DNA of 63,731 nt, the filler included, from Sluysia triapertura (taxonomy: Eukaryota), in NCBI GenBank assembly GCA_046118255.1. It is 5 parts of 5 records of this genome, joined end to end, with 100 filler letters (N's around TTAATTAATTAA, not from the genome) between each part and the next. Parts side by side here need not be neighbours in the genome. Positions count along the whole stretch, not along the records: positions 1 to 15,711 come from JBJNIA010221134.1; 4 more parts are not named here. One strand, 5' to 3'. The position numbers were made by a program, and so were the translations under genes. This document shows, one piece after another, positions 1 through 12,193 of the stretch. The notes beneath the pieces are model-generated. The model had not been told where the DNA came from, searched no databases, and saw only the letters and a list, made by a program, of their open reading frames with translations. Positions within the stretch are counted from its first letter, which is position 1, and each line of letters begins with the position of its first letter.

Positions 1-111
1 AACGAGAACATCAAATACACCGAACTGATATCGAAGTCAAAACTGAGTGCCCGGAATAAGTTCCTCATGTACAGGAATTTTGTGCAGTCCAAACTTCCGT
101 TCCATCTGTAG
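1..111 (+). mobile_element. Fragment of a non-LTR retrotransposon reverse transcriptase (thumb region), truncated
   Basis: Frame 1 reads NENIKYTELISKSKLSARNKFLMYRNFVQSKLPFHL*, resembling the 'I.KS.L....K...Y......KL.W.L' segment after the RT core of R2/Hero-type elements. GC content is much higher than the flank and drops abruptly at about 110. Confidence 0.5.
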
Positions 112-405
112 ATAATATAAATTAAAAGTATTTAAAAGTACATAATTATTAATAGATAATATTTGTAAATATTTTATCTGTAAACTTTAAAATTTTTTCT
201 TTATAAAAATTTAATTAAAACAATTTTATCTTTATGGAAATTAATGACTTTTGTAAATTACAAAATACAAGAAATTAGATAAAAACAATTTTATTACTAT
301 CTACATTTAAAAAATTCTTTTATTCGATACATAAAATGATTATAATCATTATTTTTACAAAAAGAAATTAATAAAATATTATCTTTTTATCTTAAAAAAC
401 ACTAG

Positions 406-424
406 TATAAATAGCTTATGGTTA
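406..424 (+). promoter_or_regulatory. TATA-like conserved motif TATAAATAGCTTAYGGTTA, forward member of a convergent pair
   Basis: tataaatagcttatggtta. Related copies at 756-774 (-), 1352-1368 (+), 28803-28818 (+) and 29051-29068 (-). Function is inferred. Confidence 0.35.
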
Positions 425-755
425 TTGAAGAATCTCACACACGTTAATACAAAAAACTTAAACACAAATAAATAATTTTAAATCTTTTGGAAAGTTTACC
501 GAGAAAAGATTTGTTTGAAAACAGTTTACCTTGGGAGTATCAATTTGCAGAAAGAAATTATCTGGATCAAAAATTTGTTGTGAAGCAATTCATCTGGAGC
601 CAGTTCATTCGGAAACTATTAGATAAAATTTGTTGTAAGAGCGATTCTTTTGAAGACAGTCTATTGGGAAATTATTGATTATTATTAAAATTATTTCGTG
701 ATTCTAGTATACCGGTTTGCTGCTAAGAAGAGAAATTCATTGGACCAGTTGTTAA

Positions 756-774
756 TAACCGTAAGCTATTTTTA
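756..774 (-). promoter_or_regulatory. Same motif, reverse member of the convergent pair
   Basis: taaccgtaagctattttta. The 16-mer taaccgtaagctattt is identical at 29051-29066 on another contig. Confidence 0.35.
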
Positions 775-1426
775 ATAAGTTTACATACAGCAATACACTG
801 AATTAAAATATACTTAAACTATTGTTCAAGTTTTATTTAATTTGATAACTTAACAATTATGAATCTGTTATTTTCCTGTTGGGTTCGCCAATAATTTAAG
901 TTTTATTTCCTATGGAAGACTTAATTATTGGTTCTTCTTGATGGATACTTGAATGTTTCTACGTGAAGATTATTCCTACACTTTTATGGAGAGAGTCTTT
1001 GATAAATTTGTGAAATTCTTTTTAATTTAGATTTTCTTAAACTTTACTATCTCAATCTTTTTAATAATAAAATAAAGACAAATACTAGTACGTAACGTAC
1101 TCTATGAAATTTTTATTAAACACAAAAAAAATCTTTTCTAGAACAAATTGTTTGTTAAATACAAATGATAAACAATTAAGCAAGAGATGTGAATAATAAT
1201 AATAATAATTTTAATACCTTTTTAAGATTTCTCTTAAATTATTTAATTAATTTTAATCTGATTTTGACCCAGAGTTAATCTTTGGGTTTATAAAAATGAT
1301 TTATGATTTTAAGTATATTTTAAAATAGTTTATTACTATTTAAAACACTTATATAAAATAGCTTACGAGATCAAATGTAAATTTTCCAATTAGTTTTTCA
1401 ATTATGTAGCGTTTCAATAGCGCGTA

Positions 1427-1742
1427 ACGTTCCAATTCCAATTATTCCAACAAGTATGTGACGTTCCAATTACAATTATTCCAACAAGTATGTGACGTTC
1501 CACGTATGTGACGTTTCAAGTACAATTATTCNNNNNNNNNNNNNNNNNNNNNNNNNNNNNNNNNNNNNNNNNNNNNNNNNNNNNNNNNNNNNNNNNNNNN
1601 NNNNNNNNNNNNNNNNNNNNNNNNNNNNNNNCAACAAGTATGTGACGTTCCAAGTACAATTATTCCAACAAGTATGTGACGTTCCAAGTACAATTATTCC
1701 AACAAGTATGTGACGTTCCAAGTACAATTATTCCAACAAGTA
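1427..1742. repeat. 34-bp tandem minisatellite (AAGTATGTGACGTTCCAAGTACAATTATTCCAAC)n spanning a 100-N gap
   Basis: Near-identical head-to-tail units with no spacers on both sides of the gap at 1532-1631. True copy number is unknown. Confidence 0.95.
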
Positions 1743-4700
1743 AACAACTCCTTTCGATAATATAGACTTGTAAGCAAGATTTTTTAAAGAATTTATGTTA
1801 TGTAAGTGAAAAGCTCATGGCTTTTATACTAATTTTAAAAATGATAATATTTTGATAATTTAAATGCAGACATTTATGGTTAATTTTTAGAGATTAAAAG
1901 TTGATTATTTTCAAATATTTATTACAAATGTTTTTTAAATTATAGATAAATTTTTTATTAATTAACAAATTTTTCTTTTAATCAATCAATTGACCTTTTA
2001 TAATATTATTATCAAACTTTCCAAAGTAATTCAATATTAATCTATTAATTAACTGATTTTTTTAATGTTATTAATCTATTAATTAACTGAAGATTAACTG
2101 ATTTTTTTAATTAACTAGTACATTTTTAATGTCTACTACATAACTACATAATTTTTAATTAACTAGTACATTTTTAATGTCTACAATACTAAGATTTAAA
2201 AGTACCGATTTAGAAATTCTTTTGAGTAACATTTTAGTATTAAAGTTAATCGTTAATAATTCTTTAAGAAATAATAAGATTTTTAATGAAATAGAAGGTT
2301 GTTTAAAAGATTTGCTCGTTTACAAGATATTGACCCTCGCTATTCTTTAATTTTAATTGACATCTGTAGTTGTGTCTTCGCTCAGATATAAAGCGGACCC
2401 GTTCTTTAGAAAAATGATAATTATTAGCTTTTATACACAAGAAAAACCTAACATCATGCAGTGATGGGGATTTTATTCAAATGATAAACACTTTTCTTGT
2501 ATAAATATATTTCATTGATCACGGTGAATGTTATTTATGGCGACTGAGATTTCTCTGGACGGTCATATGCTACAAGATTGAATATATATTATTGTATATA
2601 CATTTCAATAGTCAGAGAACAATCATCATGATTATGTAACATATAATATATCATAGTATAAATTATAAGTATGGTTAGTTTTCAGGTTAAGTGAGAGCAG
2701 ATCACCGAAGATCATATTGATACGCGCTCACATTTTTCTGAATAAATAACCATTAAAATCGATTTTGACTATTGACATACCTATTTAATACGTGATATAA
2801 TATCCATTTAGAATAAAATCATTCAATAATTTCTTTTTCACATTAGTAATTAATTCAACTACGTCGAATCCTGTTGGGAAAGTTGTCAGAATTAACAATT
2901 TTATAATCATTTTGAGTTAACTCCTTTATAATGTCATCGTTTAGTTCAAGTCAAGCTTTTTTATTTATACTAGCCATTCTATTTTATTTTTTTAATTTAA
3001 ATAAAAGACATTATACAAGTTTGATTGAATTTGTATTTTGTTAATGTTTAAATTATATTGTGTAGTTCACCCATATTATATTATAATTGTAAATTATAAA
3101 TTGCAATTTTAATTATCAACAGAATTTCGCGATACTAATTATTATCAATTTTAATTATTAAATATCCTGCAATACTAATTTAAATCGAGGTTATAATATA
3201 TTTGAAACACATCGAGTCTATTAAAGAATTATATAATTCTCGACTGTTTTGGCGTAAAGAATTCAGTCAGTAAATAGGTCATTTGTCAATATCAATAACC
3301 TAGATTTCGTTTTTAAGAACTAGGCACGGTTATAATATGCTGCTTATCAGTGTCAAATATCGATAAGAGCTCTTATTACAAAATCACATGATAGAACTTA
3401 TTTTTATTTAAATAAACAGTGATAATTTCATTTCAAAGTTGATTATTTTAAAAACATATAAATTTAGTTATATTTCGATTCAATTAGCTCTTTAATACAC
3501 ATTGATAGTTAATACATATTTCTACTTCTACATCTTGTAGAAATCTTGGAATAGAGAAATTAATTAAAAATACATTCGTTTTCTATTCATAGATTAAATA
3601 ATCTCGAATACGATCAAATCATAAATATAAATATATAAAAAATATTTACAATAATTTAAATAAACAAGTGTTTACAATAAACATTAAATTACATTTCGAA
3701 ATATTCGAATATTGAAGGAAAATCGTTGAAAACATTAACCAATATGAACATAATTGATAAAAAATAAAAAATAAAACTTTTGTAAAATAGATTACACAGG
3801 TCAACATAAAGTTACTTTTTTAGAATAAGATTGATATGGTGTGTTTTTAAAAGTTTTATATAATTCTTACTAGTTTCAACAGTTGTTTTTATTTATATAA
3901 GTGTAACATTAATAAATATGTAAAAAAATAAAGTATAATACATGTTCTCAATAAAGTCAAGTTTATTTCTTAAGTGAGTCTTTTAGAAAGAAAATAAATA
4001 AAACAAAAAGATTTTACAAATATTTAGCAAAACATTTAGAAATGTTATTTTTCAATACAAAACATATTTCGTTTCACCGGGTTACAAGATATTCCACAGT
4101 TTTAGAATAGAAATCATTCGACTGTTCTTAAAAATATTTCTTTTCTTTAAGAATTAATTCTGAATTTTCGTATTTTGCTTCTTAAGTCAGATTATGTGGT
4201 TACAGGATATTTGCTATGCATCAAATAAGCAAAATTTGTCAGATATATAATAAGATTTTTTAAAATAAAATTTAATTGACATTTATCAATCTAAAGAATT
4301 TGTTGTACCATAAAAATTTTTAAAGAAAAACCTGGAAGAAGCCATTCATATAAATCAACATATTTCTATTAACTGTTGTTACTGCTTTGAACTAAAAACG
4401 ATATGTGATACAATGAATTCGATGATTACAGGAGGTTCAATAAATGAATCTGGTTTAAGAAACCTTACTTATCGAAAGACCTTAAGATTGATAAATGCAA
4501 AATAATTTATTTTCTACGTTCTTAATTGTCACGCTTATTTAACAAATCGAAAAATCCTATAAGACAATGAGTAACAGTGAACTTTCACTCATATAACGAT
4601 ATAAGTAGAAAAGTACTCAAACAAACATTAATTTTACCAAATATTAAATAAATAGAACAATATTTTATACTTTATTATTTTTGAAAGGTTCTTCTAGGTC

Positions 4701-5379
4701 ACACCTTATATTATAATAAGTTCATTTTAACATTTTAATATTCAGTTCATTAGATTAAGATGATTTGGTAGAAAAATGGTGAATTACTGTTGATATCTTC
4801 AATTAAACATTCTTATAAGACTGCATAAAATGATAAAATATCTGGAAAATGAATAAAACAATAAATAACCAATTGAAGAAAAATAATAAAAAAGAGAATA
4901 TTTTTAGTTCAAATTTGTAGTAAATGCAGAACATCCACTATAAATATCAGAAAACGTATTGTTGACAAGTGTAATTAATATATTTGTATTAGTATTTTAA
5001 ATAATCAATATTCGATATTCACATATGATTAAAACATTAATAAGGTGCATATCGCTGAGTAGGTAAAATAGAATGGTGATGAACTAAAGGATTTGTTTTT
5101 GCGATTAAGTGATGTAATGGTATTGAAGGGTTTGTCGCGGCAGTTGGAGACTGAAGAAATTGAATGGAAGATGGAACTGACGGTGTTAATTGAGAATAAT
5201 AAACAGATAGACTTGGATCTTGTCTGAATTTATAATGAAATAGATATAATAATTATAAAATAAATTTAACAGAAAAGTAATTACAGCATGTGTTTGTTTA
5301 TTTTATTAAACATTTTTCAAGATGAATGGGAAAGTTTAACGAATATGATAAATAACAGGATATTTTTGTATTGTATTTA

Positions 5380-5960
5380 AATATTTGACATAATGTCGTA
5401 ATTCCTTTTCTTGTGTATTTATTTTAACATTGTTAACAGTAACTATATAACAAAATGAATCTCAAAATAGATCCAATTTCCTTACACGATCAGTTAATAA
5501 AATAACATACTAATAATCCATCAGTGACACAAACAAATACAACAAAAAAGGCAAGTCAAATAACCACAAATACAAAAATATCACTTACAGAGTTTTATCA
5601 ATTGCTAAAGATAAAGCTTCAATCATAATATTTACCCACGAGCGTCGTAGCAGCCTCTTCCATATAGCAAGCTCAATTCAACTTTCTGAAATTAGTTCAT
5701 TCTGCTAATTATGAGTGAGTTTTTAGCAAAAATGCAGTCCTTTATATAATTGCAAATAATAAAAGTATGAAAGTTGATGCAATTTCTTTATATAATTTCT
5801 TATTCTTTTGAGTCAGTTATAAGACGACCAATTCAAATAATCGATTTTCGACAATAATTTCTACCGACTTCCAATTTATCGTCTCCCAAGAATTACCCAA
5901 AGAAAATTGGATTTATGACAAACAATCCTCTTATCTTATTGCAGCAATAATATTTACTGT
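5380..5960. repeat. Unclassified repeat module, inverted diverged copy of about 8120-8750
   Basis: The reverse complement shares, in order, gataaattggaagt, agaaattattgtcga, ttttgYtaaaaaYtcactca and attatgaYtg...tttagcaaYtgat with 8197-8481. Confidence 0.8.
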
Positions 5961-6149
5961 TTAATTAATATATCAACTTAAATTAAATATGAAATCAATT
6001 AAATACAGAAATTCTTTTTCATAATAATTTTTAATGCATTAACCGTACCCTACATATCTGAACGTACCAATAACCTGTCTGAATCGTTACTTGCATCGAT
6101 ATATTTCGCAAAATTTCAACATCAATAATATTATTAATGTGTTATTATT

Positions 6150-6400
6150 AGGTTAACTATTAATGCATTAAATTTATCTTTAATATTACTAACGATGATT
6201 TTATTTCACAAAAATGATAAAGATTTCAAATAATTTAAGAGGTTGCTCAAATACCTTAAAAGCTTATTGAGGTTTCAAAGATTCTTAAATGTTTATAAGA
6301 TCTTAAATGGTCTCAATGTTCACAAGTTCAATGCTTTAAAACACTTGTCAAACTCATCTCAAGCCTCCTCAAAGGTCTCGTGGGATTCATGAAATGACTT
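6150..6400 (+). repeat. Decayed 9-bp periodic, Gly-X-Y (collagen-like) tract of the unclassified family
   Basis: gaggtttca aagattctt aaatgttta taagatctt aaatggtct. The upstream flank ggttaaYtatta..aaaYttatcttta..ttttatttc matches the reverse complement of 17380-17460. Confidence 0.55.
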
Positions 6401-7280
6401 AAGTTTTTGAAAATAACTTTTTTGATATTTAAAATTAAACCATGAACTTTAGCCTTAATATTAAAATTGAAAGCAGAATTTAAAATCACATCCGACTTTC
6501 GGCCGTGGATAACTTTTGATCTTATTAATATAATAGATAGTAAGCCATATTCCTATTATATAACAAAAAACTAATCAAAAACATATTAGTATTTTACTTC
6601 TTGTAGTATTGTTATCTAGAAATGTTTTTATTTTAGCAGGGATGGAAAGTAATAAATAATAGTTTCGTATGAGAATATCTGGATTTCGTGTTTGTAATTT
6701 AATAAATTTTGGAGTAACATTTGATTTCATATGTAATGGATCATACATTACTACTGTATAGTTAATTTTCTCTATATACTAATTAATTACAGTACATATT
6801 ATCGTTTTAGTGATACTATTTTTCATGCTACATACTTATTTATTTATGTGCGCATTGCCAGTTAGTATTTATTTAATATTCACTTTTTAGCACGTTTTTC
6901 GTGTTTTATTGTTTACCTTTGGTCCGTAATATTTCCTGGATCCCAATTAAGTGATTGATTATTGCCTTTTTCTTTCACATTTTTTATTTAGATTCTGGTT
7001 ATTTAGAGGTGCTTTTGAGTATTTAACTTCTTCCAGTTATAAAATGAATATTCGAGGATATTTGTATATCTTTAGATATTGTAAAGTAAATGCAATATAA
7101 TTTTATCATTTTAAGGAATACTTGTAGTATTTAAATTTTATTAAAAATAGGAAAGGTTATAAACTTAATTAATCTTTTAACTTTTAAAAATTTAAAAAGT
7201 ACATTTGTTAATTCATTTAATTATAATCTCTTAAAAAACATTTTAACACAATAGCTGTGTTTATGGTATGGCATAAATAA

Positions 7281-7378
7281 CGATGAATACAATGAAATAC
7301 AAAACACATCAACGTAGATTGCGTAAAATAGTTAATTTTAATTAAATCACTTTTCGATAAAGTTAAATTTCTATGAAA
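7281..7378 (+). repeat. About 100-bp dispersed repeat, also at 7850-7935 and 26797-26893
   Basis: Shared core (gc)gaaacacgtcaaYgtagataacgtaaaat...ttttaattaa...gttaaatttctatg. Confidence 0.8.
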
Positions 7379-8119
7379 TATAATATTCATGCACGGTAAA
7401 AGTATGTATCATATTAGTGCTTACTAAGAGATCACTTTAGACATGCTACTGAAATTGACGTGTGACATCATTGTATCAAATGTTATGAAAAAGAAGTCAT
7501 TTTACTCTCATTTTAAGTTGATTTATTATTGTAAGAATAAATATTATTAACATTATACTAAATTTTGATTTTATTAAGTTGAGTTTAGTGACCGGTGAGA
7601 ATATACAAGAATGTCATAGCTTGTAGTATATAAGAAGTATAAATAAAAAGAATACCGATACATGAATAAAATAATAGACCATAAAACTATGTTTAGTAAT
7701 TAAATTAAAATAAAAAAAGATATTAGTTTTACCTTTGAATGTATAAAAATATGCATTTGTTAATTAATAAAAATGTTTTGATTTAATAATTTTATGTAAG
7801 GTGATATTTGTGCGTGAGAAATCATGAATGTTGAAATTCATCAGTATTTAAACATTGAAACATTGCGAAACACGTGGACGCAGATAACGTAAAAATTATT
7901 TATTTTAACTAATTTTATATAATGAAAATTTAAATATTTAAATTGTAATGTTCATTCATTAATATACCAAATCAGGTAGATTATTGAAATAGTTGACATA
8001 TTGCATGACGTACAATATTATAATTATTATGGAAGGAAAATTATATTTAGTTGATTTTGTGTTTAATTTAAGTTGGTATATTATTCAAACAGTAAAACAT
8101 TTCTATGATAACTATGTTA

Positions 8120-9300
8120 CATTTTGATTTTATTATATTATTAAGATAAGAGTATTGTTTGTCACAAATGTGATTATCATTAAGTTTTGCTGAGGGATGA
8201 TAAATTGGAAGTAGACGGAAACTCGACAGAAATTATTGTCGATTTAATTATTAAAAGTGGTTAGCTTATAAACAATTCAAAATAATAAGTAATTATACAA
8301 AATAATTAAGCCGAATTCCCATTTTCTAATCTCATCAACTATTTAATTTTTGTTAAAAATTCACTCACAAATAGCACAGTAAAGTGTTGAAGAAAAACTT
8401 CAAATACTGTATGAAAACTACTCCAACGTTACAGAGGCAAACATTATGACTGGGTCTTTAATTTTAGCAACTGATTAAACTTTTTACCTTTTTCCTTTGG
8501 TTGTTAGGTTTTTATATTCATTTTGTTAATACGGGTATTAACATTTGATAGGTGTGTCACCAATGAATTTGAGTATTATATTATATTAATTGATTTGTAT
8601 TATTGTTAAGGAATAACTGATTGTAATAATTTGTATTTGATTTTATGATTATTAAAACTTTATTGAGATTTCAGATTAATTTAATTTTGTTATTGAGTTA
8701 TTGTTATTAATATAAAAGACACAACAGACATAGGATTTTATTTCACGAACTTCATTACCTTTGGATAATTGTTATTAGACAGAAATTATTTAGCATCAAT
8801 TACGAAAATTGATCGGATTAAAAGCGACTCTAAGAAACAAGAATATATTGTAGAGATTCAAAATGACTATACCGAATTCCAAATTTTATAGATATTACTT
8901 AATTACTAAATAAATGATTTCATTTTTGCTATAATTCATACGTTATAGCGAAATAAATTTTTCGTGGCATAAGACTACTTCAACGTTTTAGTGGCAAACC
9001 CCGCGATTGAAAATTTTACTTTAAGAGTTGATTACATTTAATTTTCAATATTTGATCCAAAAATCTTCATCATATTTGTTAATTTATTTGTTATATGATT
9101 GATAACATTATTTATGTCACCTCTGGATTTGAATAATATATTTACGTTATAATAATAATAGTTTATACTAATATTGAATTATAATTGATTGTAATACTAT
9201 GTATTTACTTTGTGATAAAGTTTAAATATACTGAGATTCGAATTTAATTTTGTTAAAGAGTCGTTTTTGTTGATTAAAGATAGAACACATCATTCTTAAT
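8120..9300. repeat. Unclassified repeat module with an internal diverged direct duplication (about 8580-8740 vs 9150-9290)
   Basis: ataaYtgattgtaata..tgtattt...tgagatt...aatttaattttgtta occurs twice. The left part is the inverted partner of 5380-5960. Confidence 0.7.
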
Positions 9301-10297
9301 ATTCCAGATGAACCAATTTGTTGTGGGGAAGATATAAGTAGACTACAACGAGAGAATAGTACTTTAACAGTTAATTCTACTCAAATGATAACCTTATTTG
9401 CTATCTGAAGATAAATAAATCAAATTTCAATTCAATTATACTTTGAAACACTATTGAAAGCCATTATTTCTCCAGATTTTATAACTTCTCAATGAAATGC
9501 AAACATTAATATTCGTGAGCCTGATTATCCAACTGATACGTTATTTTTTTAATGTAGAAGAAAGTTCGATTATGGTTTGTGATGACGAGCAGAAGCAAGA
9601 TCAAATTTAGAGATTGTGGAATTACGACTAGTTTGATAGAATGTTTAAGCATAATCTGTGTAAATTGTTTAGTTGTCATTATTTTGTAAACTTTAATATA
9701 ATTTTTGCCCCTTATTTAATTTTGTTGATTAAATATAATTTTTACCAAACATAATTTTTATGACGATTATATGTATAATTTGGAAAATAATCATCTATTT
9801 ATAAATGTTTCAAATTTCAAAATAATTTAAAAATTTATAAGATGAATTGACAAACTTTAAAGCTGTTACGAGTAAGATAAGTAATCATTAACCGGTTGAT
9901 AGAATGTTTTATAAGCAAAGTCTTAAACGTTGAGTTCCGTAGTAGCGAAAAGAATGCATACGTTTTTGGCATACGAATAGTTAAATAGATCATCTTCATT
10001 ATCAACTTTGCCATAATTATCACCAATTATTCGCACATTGTCATCTCTATTACAAGGCAGGCAATGATCAGATAGGCTATGTTACTTTCATCACAATTAG
10101 TACCATTATTATCATTTGCATAATCACTATAACAAATCGTTATCATCATTATTATGATCATCATTGTGATTACTAAAATAGTACACAAGTCAATTAAATT
10201 TGAATTAAAATTCATCTTCATTGGAAACACACATCTACAATATCTTACGTGAATTCTTTTCACTTTTTATTATTAAAAATTTTCAGTAGAAATTTTA

Positions 10298-10606
10298 ATG
10301 GCTGACTTAGTTAATTGTGTAATTTGGAAAAATATCAATTATGATCTCAATAAAATCCATAGAGCTGAGGGTGAACAGGAAGCATACAACTGTGGAGATG
10401 ATCGATGTAGAACTTTTACAGATCATACTGATTCTCACTTAAGTCGAGTAACAGATGATGCAAAAAACTTTTTAAATGCTTTACTTGATATAATTCCTCG
10501 AATCAATAAACTAAAAGATGATAAAGTCACTTCGAATAATTTAACTATTAGTATGTCGATAAAAGATGCTGTTAATAGTGACTTCTTTGTGATGGGTATG
10601 GATTAA
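10298..10606 (+). CDS. 102-aa intronless ORF of unknown function, probably a relic within repeat DNA
   Basis: ATG-initiated ORF with protein-like composition (MADLVNCVIWKNINYDLNKIHRAEGEQEAYNCGDDRC...). Coding-like sequence continues past the stop with a frameshift. No recognisable domain. Confidence 0.3.
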   Translation: MADLVNCVIWKNINYDLNKIHRAEGEQEAYNCGDDRCRTFTDHTDSHLSRVTDDAKNFLNALLDIIPRINKLKDDKVTSNNLTISMSIKDAVNSDFFVMGMD

Positions 10607-12180
10607 CGATATATATGCTAGTGAGAAATTCAGCTATAGAGATTATGAAGAGTCTTAGTTTCATATTAAAGCGTTTGGCCACCATTATGAGTATTACTCT
10701 TTCATTTACATATACTATCTTATAAAATAAAAGTTTTATAATCGTTATGAGTTACATTTGTTAGAATGGGGATTTCTTATGTATCATTAAGTGATAAACA
10801 TTTTAACATTAATTGACATATTTTATTTAATAATTGTTTTTATTTGTTCTTATTATTATTTTATTATGCGAATATTATAAAACAGTGAAGGGAACAACTA
10901 GAAAAAGAGAAAAATAGGCTATCAATTCGACCAATTCAAGTTAAAATTCAAGAAATATTAAACCAACTAATGGAAAAAAGGATTGAAAAAATAAAAGTAA
11001 TTACAAATGAAGACAAGTAAAGAATTCAACAAATACTTGATAAATAAGAAGGTTTATTAACTCTTACTGTTAGTATCAATATTTTACTTAGATTCCTTCG
11101 TAAAGAGAACCTGAAAAGAATAGATTTTAATTTAACATATTTTGTATTAAATTTTATTACGATTTCTAATTTAAACGAAACCACTAAGAATTTGTATAAT
11201 TTACTTAGGTTACTAAACTGAACCGGAAAAATCTGTTAATAAACGATTTTAATGATGATTTTTCAGAGGTTCGCTAAAATGAACCTAGTTACTTAATTAT
11301 TTACAAGTTTAAATGAAAAGTAATAAACAAAGTGATACATTAATATAATAAAAGATTTAGTAAACTATGAATAATTTGTAAATTTTGAAAATATTATTTT
11401 CAACCAATAATCTTATGTGAATAAAATTTTAAAAGTATTTTACTTTGATAACAATTTAAATGTTAACCAAAAATTTATTAAAGATTTTAAGTAGATTTTC
11501 CTTTGCAATATTAAATGATTGCGTTACATCCTGTATAAATAAAACTAACGAAAATATTAAATTTTTTTCGTGATGGATTCTTTCTCCAAATTATATCTTC
11601 TCCAACAAAATTCAACTCAAAAATTTGAAACATTGAGAAATTGTGTTAAACGATTGCTTTTAATATTATAATATTATAATTTAATATTATAAATTAACAA
11701 TTCATTTTAATAATATTAATTTAACAATAATAATTTACCGATAAATCAATAATCTAGAATAAATCTGTAATGATAACTCTATTGATTGTGTGTAATAATA
11801 ACTCTACTGACTGTGTATTATAACTAATGATCTATTGATATATAATTTAAATTATTAACATTTTATCTATTGATGCCATAACTAATGATGTGTAATTCTA
11901 TTGATGTATAATGATTGTCTAAATTATTCACATTATTATTTGTTATTATTCGAATTATTGATTTTTTCTTTCAAATTATTTTGGAAAATTATTTTTAAAA
12001 AATTAATATTTTAAAGTATGTTTATTATTTAAAATTTTAAAATTATTATTTAAAAATTTTTTTTATCTAAGATTTTTATTTTAAAATTTTTTACGTGATC
12101 CTGGATTAACGAATTTTATAAATTAATAAATTTTAATTATTTTAAAATATTATTTTGTTTGTTTTAATCTGACCAAAACA

Positions 12181-12193
12181 ACTATAAATACCG
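12181..12193 (+). promoter_or_regulatory. TATA-like 13-mer ACTATAAATACCG, convergent with an identical copy at 13122-13134 (-)
   Basis: Exact 13-bp inverted match. Both copies are followed about 29-30 nt after the TATA start by ACAC. Function is inferred. Confidence 0.35.

Noticed and set aside
1427-1742. CRISPR array (34-bp repeats)
   Set aside because: Units are contiguous with no unique spacers, there are no cas genes, and the context is eukaryotic.
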